62,054 nt of DNA, filler included, from Nemertoderma westbladi (GCA_032718475.1; 3 parts of 3 records of this genome joined end to end with filler, not necessarily neighbours in it), one strand, 5' to 3'. Positions 13,048 through 24,698 are shown, numbered from the whole stretch's first letter. Numbers and translations are program-made. The notes: generated by a model from the sequence alone, not told the origin.

Positions 13048-13963
13048 CCCTTGGGAGAAAGTGTTTATTTCTCTCTCGAATTTATGGTATTTGTCTACTG
13101 TATATTCGTTCTAAAAACTAACAATTGAAGAATAAAGCTAGCTTTGTTTTCCTTTTATGACCATTTTATGTATATTTATAAATTTCATTGCGTAAAGCTT
13201 AGCAAATTCGGCAATGACGTTCTGGTGGGATCGAAATAGGATCTCCAGGATGGAACCTAACACTCTAACCATAGCGGATAACGGCTCGGATAATTTGCTG
13301 TACTACATGCATGTACCAATTTTGGTTCCATTTCATCAAGATTGACCGACTGTGTAGCATGCCGATCCTAGTAGTAGACCGACTGTCGGACCACTATATA
13401 ATAATATACCACGACGCGAAGGCTCACCTAAACTTCGTGGCTAGCCGCCGCATGTTAAACACGTAGTGTTACTGTATCCATTGGTGACAGTATGGCCTGT
13501 ACTCGGTAGCATAGAATACATCCATAACACATCTTGCCAAAATCTCATTATTCTGGCTCGTTTTGTATATTATGTTCTTGAAGGGAGTGATATTATCTCA
13601 AGTAGTCTGTCTATCCACCCATGTGGACAATATCAAACACAACTGCATGTAGGAGGTTCATTTTACAGAGATCTTAGAGAGTAACTATGTTTTAGGACTA
13701 GGCTATGTAGTTGCGGGTTGTCTACTGTAGTTTACTACCAGTAACCAAATATACCACATATATAATATATGTGAAGAATACTGAAAGTAATCTACAGTAG
13801 AAGACTATTCTAACCAAAACAATAAGCGAGAGTCAAGAACATAGGTTACAGTTTGTCATATTTGTTGTTGTCGATAGTGGTTGTCGGTTGTCGGCGTAGC
13901 GTTTACACCCATAATAGTTATCGTTATTATGTTTGAAACTGACATTCGAGCTAAATTATTAAA

Positions 13964-15196
13964 ATGAATCTATCAAAATGGTGGATAAACTTCCTTTGTG
14001 CGCTGGTTTTATTATCAACAATATCAACCATTTGGTATTCCTCAAAAAACGAAGTATGGATATCGAATTCCGAACCTTCTAGAATCGGAGAAGTTAATTA
14101 TTCGTTCCATATTGACCCAACTGAAACTCCTGATACAACTCCTTCAAACAACCGATCCACGTCAATTTACTTCTTGAAACAACACAAATGCGGCAGCGAA
14201 ACCGTCAGTACAGTTCTATCGTGGTTCGCTCTTCATAACAATTTGAGAATCGGCGTGCCATGGCCGGGGGAACTACATTTTTCGATCTGGACTAATCCTT
14301 TTGTGCCTCAACTTTTGATGAACTACGATTCAACAACATCCCCTAGCAACAATGTAGACGTAATCTACCTTCACACTGTATACAACGCAACGACCGTAGA
14401 ATTGTTAATGGAACCGGGATACAAACGGGTGTCTATAGTAAGAGAACCGACCCGCCAATTGGAATCATTAATCGGAGTTTTCTGCGTTCCATTCTTTCCT
14501 CCGTGTCCGGACATTAAGAGCCGCGGCGAAGATCCTTTACAACATTATATCGCGAATCCTGACGAATACTTTATTAAGGGAAATACAGAATTCCCGCTCA
14601 GGGACACCATGATGTTGGAATTTGGTTTTCAGTTTAGTAAAAATGCAACTAAAGGTGCAATTAATTCGGCCATTGACTATATAGATAAGGAATTCGACTT
14701 AGTAATGGTAGTCGAAAGGTTCGATGAATCGATGATTTTACTAAAGAAGTTGATGGGTTGGACCTTAGATGATATCATTTATATGCGGATTAACGGTAGA
14801 GACAAGAACGCGGTCCATCCTTTATCTACAACTCAAAAGGAGAAACTCAAGGCGATCAACAAGGCTGACACCATGCTTTACGATTACTTTAACAGAAAAC
14901 TCGACAACCTCATAAAGGTCTACGGTGTGGAAGAAATGAATGCTGATGTATCAGAGTTTCAGAAACTTCGATATGAATTCGCGAGTGTTTGCCAACAGGA
15001 AAAATTGAACGGGTTTAGACCGACTGATATCTACGACAGGTGTAAGGTACTCCGGACAACGAACCCTCCCATAGTTGAATTGATACAGCACGGTAAATTA
15101 CCATATGGTTCAGCAAATTATATTCCTAGTAAAGTGACAACAAAGTCTGTACCTTCGAACGGACGTAGAAGACATAGGCCTGTAGTGGACATATAA
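13964..15196 (+). CDS. Galactose-3-O-sulfotransferase family (GAL3ST-like) type II membrane protein, intronless CDS
   Basis: 410 aa; N-terminal hydrophobic anchor; FLKQHKCGSET (5'-PSB-like), SIVREP..QLES (3'-PB-like), FDLVMVVERFDESMILLK, D..LYDYFN. Confidence 0.88.
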   Translation: MNLSKWWINFLCALVLLSTISTIWYSSKNEVWISNSEPSRIGEVNYSFHIDPTETPDTTPSNNRSTSIYFLKQHKCGSETVSTVLSWFALHNNLRIGVPWPGELHFSIWTNPFVPQLLMNYDSTTSPSNNVDVIYLHTVYNATTVELLMEPGYKRVSIVREPTRQLESLIGVFCVPFFPPCPDIKSRGEDPLQHYIANPDEYFIKGNTEFPLRDTMMLEFGFQFSKNATKGAINSAIDYIDKEFDLVMVVERFDESMILLKKLMGWTLDDIIYMRINGRDKNAVHPLSTTQKEKLKAINKADTMLYDYFNRKLDNLIKVYGVEEMNADVSEFQKLRYEFASVCQQEKLNGFRPTDIYDRCKVLRTTNPPIVELIQHGKLPYGSANYIPSKVTTKSVPSNGRRRHRPVVDI

Positions 15197-18100
15197 CCGG
15201 ACGTATAAGACTGGCCTGTAGTGAACATACAGTATAACCGGACGTAGAAGACATAAGACTTGTAGTGGACATATAACCGGACGTAGAAGACAGGCCTGTA
15301 GTGGACATATAACCGGACATAGAAGACATAGGCCTGTAGTGGACATATAACCGGACGTAGAAGACAGGCCTGTAGTGGACATATAACCGGACGTAGAAAA
15401 CATAAGGCTTGTAGTGGACATATAACCGGACGTAGAAGACATAGGCCTGTAGTGGACATATAACCGGACGTAGAAGACAGGCCTGTAGTGGACATATAAC
15501 CGGACGTAGAAAACATAAGGCTTGTAGTGGACCTATAACCGGACGTAGAAAACATAGGCCTGTAGTGGACATATAACCGGACGTAGAAGACATAGGCCTG
15601 TAGTGGACATATAACCGGACGTAGAAGACATAGGCCTGTAGTGGACATATAACCGGACGTAGAAGACAGGCCTGTAGTGGACATATAACCGGACGTAGAA
15701 AACATAAGGCTTGTAGTGGACCTATAACCGGACGTAGAAAACATAGGCCTGTAGTGGACATATAACCGGACGTAGAAGACATAGGCCTGTAGTGGACATA
15801 TAACCGGACGTAGAAGACATAGGCCTGTAGTGGACATATAACCGGACGTAGAAGACATAGGCCTGTAGTGGACATATAACCGGACGTAGAAGACAGGCCT
15901 GTAGTGGACATATAACCGGACGTAGAAAACATAAGGCTTGTAGTGGACATATAACCGGACGTAGAAGACATAGGCCTGTAGTGGACATATAACCGGACGT
16001 AGAAGACATAGGCCTGTAGTGGACATATAACCGGACGTAGAAGACAGGCCTGTAGTGGACATATAACCGGACGTAGAAAACATAAGGCTTGTAGTGGACC
16101 TATAACCGGACGTAGAAAACATAGGCCTGTAGTGGACATATAACCGGACGTAGAAGACATAGGCCTGTAGTGGACATATAACCGGACGTAGAAGACAGGC
16201 CTGTAGTGGACATATAACCGGACGTAGAAAACATAAGGCTTGTAGTGGACATATAACCGGACGTAGAAGACATATGCCTGTAGTGGACATATAACCGGAC
16301 GTAGAAGACATAGGCCTGTAGTGGACATATAACCGGACGTAGAAGACATAGGCCTGTAGTGCAGATATAACCGGACGTAGAAGACATAAGGTTTGTAGAG
16401 GACATATAACCGGACGTAGAAGACAGGCCTGTAGTGGACATATAACCGGACGAGAAGACATAGGCCTGTAGTGGACATATAACCGGACATAGCAGACATA
16501 GGTCTGTAGTGGACATATAACCGGACGTAGAAGACAGGCCTGTAGTGGACATATAACCGGACGTAGAAAACATAAGGCTTGTAATGGACATATAACCGGA
16601 CGTAGAAGACATATGCCTGTAGTGGACATATAACCGGACGTAGAAGACAGGCCTGTAGTGGACATATAACCGGACGTAGAAAACATAAGGCTTGTAGTGG
16701 ACATATAACCGGACGTAGAAAACATAGGCCTGTAGTGGACATATAACCGGACGTAGAAGACAGGCCTGTAGTGGACATATAACCGGACGTAGAAGACATA
16801 GGCCTGTAGTGGACATATAACCGGACGTAGAAGACATAGGCCTGTAGTGGGCATATAACCGGACGTAGAAGACATAGGCCTGTAGTGGACATATAACCGG
16901 ACGTAGAAGACATAGGCCTGTAGTGGACATATAACCGGACGTAGAAGACATAGGCCTGTAGTGGACATATAACCGGACGTAGAAGACATAGGCCTGTAGT
17001 GGGCATATAACCGGACGTAGAAGACATAGGCCTGTAGTGGACATATAACCGGACGTAGAAGACAGGCCTGTAGTGGATATATAACCGGACGTAGAAGACA
17101 TAGGCCTGTAGTGGACATATAACCAGACGTAGAAGACATATGCCTGTAGTGGACATATAACCGGATGTAGAAGACATAGGCCTGTAGTGGACATATAACC
17201 GGAGGTAGAAGACATAGGCCTGTAGTGGACATATAACCGGACGTAGAAGACATAGGCCTGTAGTGGACATATAACCGGACGTAGAAGACATAGGCCTGTA
17301 GTGGACATATAACCGGACGTAGCAGACATAGGCCTGTAGTGGACATATAACCGGACGTAGAAGACTGGCCTGTAGTGGACATATAACCGGACGTAGAAGA
17401 CATAGGCCTGTAGTGGGCATATAACCGGACGTAGAAGACATAGGCCTGTAGTGGACATATAACCGGACGTAGAAGACATAGGCCTGTAGTGGACATATAA
17501 CCGGACGTAGAAGACATAAGGCTTGTAGTGGACATATAACCGGACGTAGAAGACATAGGCCTGTAGTGGACATATAACCGGACGTAGAAGACAGGCCTGT
17601 AGTGGATATATAACCGGACGTAGAAGACATAGGCCTGTAGTGCAGATATAACCGGACGTAGAAGACATAAGGTTTGTAGTGGACATATAACCGGACGTAG
17701 AAGACATAGGCCTGTAGTGGACATAAAACCGGACGTAGAAGACATGGGTCTGTAGTGGACATATAACCGGACGTAGAAGACATAGGCCTGTAGTGGACAT
17801 ATAACCGGACGTAGAAAACATAAGGCTTGTAGTGGACATATAACCGGACGTAGAAGACATAGGCCTGTAGTGGACATATAACCGGACGTAGAAGACATAG
17901 GCCTGTAGTGGACATAAAACCGGACGTAGAAGACAGGCCTGTAGTGGACATATAACCGGACGTAGAAGACATAGGCCTGTAGTGGACATATAACCGGACG
18001 TAGAAGACATAGGCCTGTAGTGGACATAAAACCGGACGTAGAAGACAGGCCTGTAGTGGACATATAACCGGACGTAGAAGACATAGGCCTGTAGTGGACA

Positions 18101-20018
18101 TAAAACCGGACGTAGAAGACATGGGTCTGTAGTGGACATATAACCGGACGTAGAAGACATAGGCATGTAGTGGACATATAACCGGACGTAGAAAACATAA
18201 GGCTTGTAGTGGACATATAACCGGACGTAGAAGACATAGGCCTGTAGTGGACATATAACCGGACGTAGAAGACATAGGCCTGTAGTGGACATATAACCGG
18301 ACGTAGAAGACATAGGCCTGTAGTGGACATATAACCGGACGTAGAAGACATAGGCCTGTAGTGGACATAAAACCGGACGTAGAAGACATGGGTCTGTAGT
18401 GGACATATAACCGGACGTAGAAGACATAGGCCTGTAGTGGACATAAAACCGGACGTAGAAGACATGGGTCTGTAGTGGAAATATAACCGGACGTAGAAGA
18501 CATAGGCATGTAGTGGACATATAACCGGACGTAGAAAACATAAGGCTTGTAGTGGACATATAAGCGGACGTAGAAGACATAGGCCTGTAGTGGACATATA
18601 ACCGGATGTAGAAGACATAAGGCTTGTAGTGGACATATAACCGGACGTAGAAGACATAGGCCTGTAGTGGACATATAACCGGACGTAGAAAACATAGGCC
18701 TGTAGTGGACATATAACAGGACGTAGAAGACATAGGCCTGTAGTGGACATATAACCGGACGTAGAAGACAGGCCTGTAGTGGACATATAACCGGACGTAG
18801 AAGACATAGGCCTGTAGTGGACATATAACCGGACGTAGAAGACATAGGCCTGTAGTGGATATATAACCGGACGTAGAAGACAGGCCTGTAGTGGATATAT
18901 AACCGGACGTAGAAGACATAGGCCTGTAGTGGACATATAACCGGACGTAGAAGACATGGGCCTGTAGTGGATATATAACCGGACGTAGAAGACAGGCCTG
19001 TAGTGGACATATAACCGGACGTAGAAGACATAGGCCTGTAGTGGACATATAACCGGACGTAGAAGACTTAGGCCTGTAGTGGACATATAACCGGACGTAG
19101 AAGACATAGGCCTGTAGTGGACATAAAACCGGACGTAGAAGACATGGGTCTGTAGTGGACATATAACCGGACGTAGAAGACATAGGCCTGTAGTGGACAT
19201 AAAACCGGACGTAGAAGACATGGGTCTGTAGTGGACATATAACCGGACGTAGAAGACATAGGCATGTAGTGGACATATAACCGGACGTAGAAAACATAAG
19301 GCTTGTAGTGGACATATAAGCGGACGTAGAAGACATAGGCCTGTAGTGGACATATAACCGGACGTAGAAGACATAGGCCTGTAGTGGACATATAACCGGA
19401 CGTAGAAGACATAGGCCTGTAGTGGACATAAAACCGGACGTAGAAGACATGGGTCTGTAGTGGACATATAACCGGACGTAGAAGACATAGGCCTGTAGTG
19501 GACATAAAACCGGACGTAGAAGACATGGGTCTGTAGTGGACATATAACCGGACGTAAAAGACATAGGCATGTAGTGGACATATAACCGGACGTAGAAAAC
19601 ATAAGGCTTGTAGTGGACATATAAGCGGACGTAGAAGACATAGGCCTGTAGTGGACATATAACCGGATGTAGAAGACATAAGGCTTGTAGTGGACATATA
19701 ACCGGACGTAGAAGACATAGGCCTGTAGTGGACATATAACCGGACGTAGAAGACATAGGCCTGTAGTGGACATATAACCGGACGTAGAAGACATAGGCCT
19801 GTAGTGGACATATAACCGGACGTAGAAGATAGGCCTGTAGTGGACATATAACCGGACGTAGAAGACATAGGCCTGTAGTGGACATATAACCGGACGTAGA
19901 AGACATAGGCCTGTAGTGGATATATAACCGGACGTAGAAGACAGGCCTGTAGTGGATATATAACCGGACGTAGAAGACATAGGCCTGTAGTGGACATATA
20001 ACCGGACGTAGAAGACAT
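15161..20018. repeat. 38-bp satellite (36/39-bp variants), >125 copies, runs into the gap
   Basis: Unit GGACGTAGAAGACATAGGCCTGTAGTGGACATATAACC. The first copy forms the last 11 codons and stop codon of the sulfotransferase ORF. Confidence 0.97.
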
Positions 20019-20118
20019 NNNNNNNNNNNNNNNNNNNNNNNNNNNNNNNNNNNNNNNNNNNNTTAATTAATTAANNNNNNNNNNNNNNNNNNNNNNNNNN
20101 NNNNNNNNNNNNNNNNNN
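20019..20118. other. Assembly gap with artificial linker
   Basis: 100 nt of N with a central TTAATTAATTAA (stops in all six frames). Confidence 0.95.
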
Positions 20119-20370
20119 AGATATATAAACAGTTATAGATAATCCAGTAACTCAATAATATAGTATAATAGCTGACAGTCAAGTTACAGAACTGCACACA
20201 GACCTAACACAACTGACAACTGCACAACCTCCTACCTACCGTACCTGTCCAACCGGTAGGCCTACACCTGATACAGCAACACTAGTACTGTACTGTAGTT
20301 TTTCCTTTCTTGTACTACCGTACTATCCCAGTGGCATGGCCTACTATATGTCTCACACAATTTCCCAACA
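20119..20370 (-). repeat. 3' LTR (end lost in the gap)
   Basis: Matches 24432-24683; preceded on the minus strand by a purine tract. Confidence 0.9.
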
Positions 20371-20393
20371 CCTCCCACAGTTTTATAAACTTT

Positions 20394-23300
20394 TTAGTTT
20401 TCAAATCCATATCGCTTTGGGGGCCTAGACATTCGGCCTGAACGCGTAACGACCGTGGGTGGAGCAACCCCTATTGGTATCTCATCTTCATCATCTGTAG
20501 GGTCTATTTCATCGTATGATGTTTCATCATCTGTACTATCAACCTCCGTTTCCGATTCGATATCAATTACCCTTTCAATTTCATTATTCGTATTTAATGC
20601 TGACTCAACCTGATTTTCTGCATGCGAAACTTTCATCGACTTTCTAACATCTTGAAGGTGTCGGCGTATTCCTTTCACTATCACTGAACGTTCCTGTACT
20701 TGATCGACTCTATGAGGTCCCTTCCATCTCACGGTGCATTTCACATGTGAATCTGGTTTCACGAATACGTAGTCCCCAACTTTTATATTTCCGCTTGACC
20801 TACAATCGACATCTTCTTTGGGTTGCGATATTTCTGTCACACTAGGTAGCTTCATCTTTCGTTTTGACAATCCACCAAAGAGCTTCTGAGCTGGAGTTTG
20901 CTCTTCACTCCTTCCACAAGTGTTATTGTACCAGAAACAGGATTGTTCCAATTCTTTTCCGGATCTTGCCGACCATCGTTTGATTGTCCGATGCATGCGT
21001 TCTACAGGATTCCCTTTCGGACGGTAGGCGCATGAAGGGATCCGTTTCACTTCCCATTTTCGTAAAAATATATCGAATTCAGTGCTTCTAAAAGCAGGAC
21101 CATTATCACAGAGAACTTCATGGGGTGGTCCCATCTCGCAAAAAATCTGTTGAAGTTGTGCAATTACAGTTGCAGCCGTTTCATCCTTAGCCCCACGACA
21201 CAATGCATAATTTGACCCACAGTCCAGTATTGTTAAGTATTTTCGTTGATTATACTCTGTGAAGTCAATCGAATTTCTATACCAGGGTTCGTCAACTTTC
21301 GTGGTCCCTTTTTCTACAAAAACAGGATTAGGGTCTATGCTATTGCATTGATCACATTCTGTGCATATTTCATTCACTAACTTCTTTGGCACAGTTCTAG
21401 AATTTAATTCTCTATCAACGTTACATAACTGCATGGTTCTGTCTACACCTTGGTGCGCTAATTTGTGTAAATATGTAACACGCTGACGATTGTTTACATT
21501 CAATTCCTGTATATCTCCCATTGCAGCGAATGCATCATTATTGGTTTCTTTTACATCCTTATCACGGCCAAATTTCAACCAATGTGATGGAATTCTAGTT
21601 AACGTGTCCGATAAATTTTTCGCTGATTCAACCCGATGCGGTCGGATTTTTAATTTATATTCTACTATGATCTCGCTCAGTATATCCAATCGACGCTCAA
21701 TGAGCTTTCTCGCCTGACCTTTAGTTCGAATTCTGTGTGTGTCGAAAATAACAGCATTCACCCAGCTATACACGGTTGATGAATCAATAAAGAGATTAAC
21801 TACTTTTATGTTCCAATCCACTGCCATGTTAATTCCCTCAATAACCGCATCTAGTTCTGATACATTTATGTGTTGGTTGTCACTTTCTTTGCGAAGCCAT
21901 GATCTGTCTTCAACTACAACTCCGTCTATCTTTATCAATGCTCCCTTTGCAATTGAGCTGGCGTCAGTCCATATATCTGCGTGATCTGTAGTACGAACAA
22001 CCCACTCTCCTTTTACAGGATCATTGTGACATACATTATCGATCGTTTCATTAACCAATTGTTGTAAACCATCGCCTATATAACTGTCCCATGTTACGCC
22101 CGCACTACAGTGTTGTAACCATGCACATGCTGGTCTTAACCATCCTCCCACAGGATAGTGTCCCCGAAGCTGTCCACATATCGAATGTAACTCTCTCCTA
22201 GTGGTTTTTTCTGGAACTTCTGGTAACTTTTGACTCCGTCTCCAATACAATTTATTGTTTTGTTCATTTCCACAAATTTCTAGACCGAGAACCTTACATC
22301 CATTTATTACTGGTTCAGCGTCTTTTGAAATTAACCCATAATCTTTCAGGTGACCCCTTACAGCCTCTGTAGGTATTTTATTCGTGTTTACATATACATC
22401 GTCTCTGAAGTTATCTGTGGAACTTTGAACCTTTTCATCTTTCTTTAAAACTCCTTCAACAATACGGTCCATAATCTTTGGACCAGGACCCAACCCAAAT
22501 CCCATCCTAGTAACGACATATCGCTTTCCTTCATATACAACAGTTTGGTATGATCGTAGTTCTTCTTTAATATGAATTTGCATATATGCCCAACGAAGAT
22601 CGATTACAGCGGTTTGTTCTCCCATCCTCCGCCAGACTCTTAATTTTTCATTGCAGGCAGCAGCTTCACGACCAGGTGCATTGACGACATGAGAATTCAG
22701 TTCTCTATAATCTAAGATCGGCCTTATTCGTTGTTTTTTCTCCTCATATTTTGCCATGATTGGGATGGTTCCCTTGACTTCTCCATGAATTTCCGGAGAG
22801 TATGGAACTATCCATTCTCGCTCGATCCACTCTTCCATAGCAGCTTTATATAATTCGGTGTGCTCTGGTCGTATGCGATACTCAGTCATTCGATTATTAA
22901 GCTGAGGTGGCGTTCCGTCTTTCCACTTCCACTCTGCAGTCCAATTTTTTCCATCATATACTACGCGAAAGTCTGAATCTTCTATAATAATATCGGACTG
23001 ATTGGGTGCTATTTTCTTAGTTAGTGATACTTCGATATTGACTTGTTCCTTCTCTTCAATATCTAGCTGTTTAACCTCAGCCCCTACACAACCAAATATG
23101 ATTGGAGACAACGTTTCAGATCCAATATGTCGGACCACATCGATTCCTAACATTACTGCCCCTTCACCCAACAATTTTTCTACCACCAATACTGGCCATG
23201 TAAAAAGGAATTCAATTGAATTAATGGCAACGAATGTTAATTCAACCTCTCCTATCACTCCACAATGCGATTCACCGTCTAACATCGTAATTTCAGATGA

Positions 23301-23492
23301 TCTAATACATTTTTTCACTTCTATTCCATTTTGTTGACACCATAGTTTTGACACTAAACATCTCGAGCAGCCAGTGTCAACCAATGCGGGAATGACTATA
23401 TTCATTCCTTCAAGTTGAATGCCAACTAATGGGAGATTCCCATTGTGGGGGAAACATCCATTGGCTGCGATGAATCCCCCATTCCGTTTCCC
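20394..23492 (-). CDS. pol: Pol polyprotein (aspartic protease, RT, RNase H, DDE integrase), likely reached by -1 frameshift
   Basis: ALVDTGC (protease); RPILDYRELN, DLRWAYMQ, MGFGL, FRDD (RT); WTDAS, HINVSELDAV, IDS (RNase H); H..H..C..C, SIDF, CDNGPAF, VERMHRTIK (integrase). Confidence 0.92.
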   Translation of the reverse strand, partial: GKRNGGFIAANGCFPHNGNLPLVGIQLEGMNIVIPALVDTGCSRCLVSKLWCQQNGIEVKKCIRSSEITMLDGESHCGVIGEVELTFVAINSIEFLFTWPVLVVEKLLGEGAVMLGIDVVRHIGSETLSPIIFGCVGAEVKQLDIEEKEQVNIEVSLTKKIAPNQSDIIIEDSDFRVVYDGKNWTAEWKWKDGTPPQLNNRMTEYRIRPEHTELYKAAMEEWIEREWIVPYSPEIHGEVKGTIPIMAKYEEKKQRIRPILDYRELNSHVVNAPGREAAACNEKLRVWRRMGEQTAVIDLRWAYMQIHIKEELRSYQTVVYEGKRYVVTRMGFGLGPGPKIMDRIVEGVLKKDEKVQSSTDNFRDDVYVNTNKIPTEAVRGHLKDYGLISKDAEPVINGCKVLGLEICGNEQNNKLYWRRSQKLPEVPEKTTRRELHSICGQLRGHYPVGGWLRPACAWLQHCSAGVTWDSYIGDGLQQLVNETIDNVCHNDPVKGEWVVRTTDHADIWTDASSIAKGALIKIDGVVVEDRSWLRKESDNQHINVSELDAVIEGINMAVDWNIKVVNLFIDSSTVYSWVNAVIFDTHRIRTKGQARKLIERRLDILSEIIVEYKLKIRPHRVESAKNLSDTLTRIPSHWLKFGRDKDVKETNNDAFAAMGDIQELNVNNRQRVTYLHKLAHQGVDRTMQLCNVDRELNSRTVPKKLVNEICTECDQCNSIDPNPVFVEKGTTKVDEPWYRNSIDFTEYNQRKYLTILDCGSNYALCRGAKDETAATVIAQLQQIFCEMGPPHEVLCDNGPAFRSTEFDIFLRKWEVKRIPSCAYRPKGNPVERMHRTIKRWSARSGKELEQSCFWYNNTCGRSEEQTPAQKLFGGLSKRKMKLPSVTEISQPKEDVDCRSSGNIKVGDYVFVKPDSHVKCTVRWKGPHRVDQVQERSVIVKGIRRHLQDVRKSMKVSHAENQVESALNTNNEIERVIDIESETEVDSTDDETSYDEIDPTDDEDEIPIGVAPPTVVTRSGRMSRPPKRYGFEN

Positions 23493-24382
23493 GAAGGTTG
23501 CCGCCACGATGATGCCGCCAAAGCATTATTGCTACCGGAGACCGCATTCGTATACCCTTGTCTCGTACTGTTACGGCATCCTCTCGCAATATGACCCTCC
23601 ATTCCACAGTTGTGACACCTGATGACATTTCCACTATTTCTAGCTTGAAAACCATCATAACGATCATTACCGGTGCCACCTCTATCAGCTACTGAACAAT
23701 TCCGAGCCAAGTGGCCCCACGTTCCACAACGGTAACACTGAACATTACTACCAACACCACCGCTATTTACAATGGGACGAAATCCCCTTCCCCTGTGTGG
23801 CCCACCACGAAAACCAGCAGCTCCAATCCCAAAACCGGCAGCTCCAATCCCAATCCCATCTCTTCCACTTCCGGCTCTCTCTGACAGTATACGCCGAGCT
23901 TGTTGCAATAAATCCGTCCAATTTCTCCTGCTCGCCATTGCTTTAACTTCTGACCTAACGCTCTCAGGTAAACCATTCGCAAACTGAGCCGTTAACATAT
24001 CCTGTGCACATTGACTATCTATATCCTTTGTAATTAGTGATAGCAACCTCCGCAAATCTGCTAGAAACGCATCAGCAGACTCATCACTCTTTAATATCCG
24101 ACTTTTAAACTTATCGTACGCTAGATACGGATTGTCAGCAAACGCCTCGATCAATCGGTCACGAACTTCATCGTAGTTATTCTTTTGCTCGTCGTCCAGC
24201 TGATTTATAACATCATGAGCTGCTCCCGTCAGCGATAGACGAAAATATGTAACTCGACTCTCTTCCGTTAGTTTAGATTCCGTTTTGAGAATATTGAAAG
24301 TATCGTCAAACGTTGCAATCCACGAGCAGGGATCACCAGTTCCATCATACTTAACGACGTAATCCGATAATTTTGGCGCCAT
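23426..24382 (-). CDS. gag: Gag with two CCHC zinc knuckles
   Basis: 318 aa; CYRCGTWGHLARNC and CHNCGMEGHIARGC; starts ~44 nt after the 5' LTR. Confidence 0.92.
   Translation of the reverse strand: MAPKLSDYVVKYDGTGDPCSWIATFDDTFNILKTESKLTEESRVTYFRLSLTGAAHDVINQLDDEQKNNYDEVRDRLIEAFADNPYLAYDKFKSRILKSDESADAFLADLRRLLSLITKDIDSQCAQDMLTAQFANGLPESVRSEVKAMASRRNWTDLLQQARRILSERAGSGRDGIGIGAAGFGIGAAGFRGGPHRGRGFRPIVNSGGVGSNVQCYRCGTWGHLARNCSVADRGGTGNDRYDGFQARNSGNVIRCHNCGMEGHIARGCRNSTRQGYTNAVSGSNNALAASSWRQPSGNGMGDSSQPMDVSPTMGISH
23446..23492 (-). promoter_or_regulatory. Programmed -1 ribosomal frameshift signal (slippery heptamer plus hairpin)
   Basis: G_GGA_AAC in the gag frame (23492-23486), then 4 nt later TGGGGGA-TT-CATC-(10 nt loop)-GATG-TT-TCCCCCA. 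The -1 frame is the pol ORF. Confidence 0.8.
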
Positions 24383-24425
24383 AACGATTTAGGTTAAACA
24401 ATAGATCAGTATAGCCCGGTTAGCT

Positions 24426-24683
24426 TGTTGAAGATATATAAACAGTTATAGATAATCCAGTAACTCAATAATATAGTATAATAGCTGACAGTCAAGTTAC
24501 AGAACTGCACACAGACCTAACACAACTGACAACTGCACAACCTCCTACCTACCGTACCTGTCCAACCGGTAGGCCTACACCTGATACAGCAACACTAGTA
24601 CTGTACTGTAGTTTTTCCTTTCTTGTACTACCGTACTATCCCAGTGGCATGGCCTACTATATGTCTCACACAATTTCCCAACA
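24426..24683 (-). repeat. 5' LTR, 258 bp
   Basis: TGTTG...CAACA termini; duplicated at 20119-20370. Confidence 0.92.
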
Positions 24684-24698
24684 CCCATGTATTATGGA

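Larger units (their letters stand above)
20119..24683 (-). mobile_element. Ty3/Gypsy-like LTR retrotransposon, apparently intact and young
   Basis: Two LTRs identical by eye over the shared part (24426-24683 and 20119-20370, the latter truncated by the gap). Termini TGTTG...CAACA; polypurine tract GTGGGAGG next to the 3' LTR; gag then pol in PR-RT-RH-IN order. Confidence 0.93.

Noticed and set aside
13213-13290. tRNA-like sequence on the minus strand
   Set aside because: A and B boxes are too degenerate for a tRNA call; at most an old SINE head.
15110-20018. 1268-1620-aa minus-strand ORFs
   Set aside because: All three frames are largely open only because the 38-bp unit has no stop on that strand; the frames cycle through the same peptides.
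20062-20073. TTAATTAATTAA palindrome within the N runs (also ~51316)
   Set aside because: Same motif centred in both 100-nt gaps; an artificial contig linker. Synteny across the gaps is not trusted.
24373-24382. TGGCGCCA as a tRNA-Lys 3'-end primer-binding site
   Set aside because: It lies ~45 nt from the LTR, coincides with the gag start (ATG GCG CCA), and the match is short.
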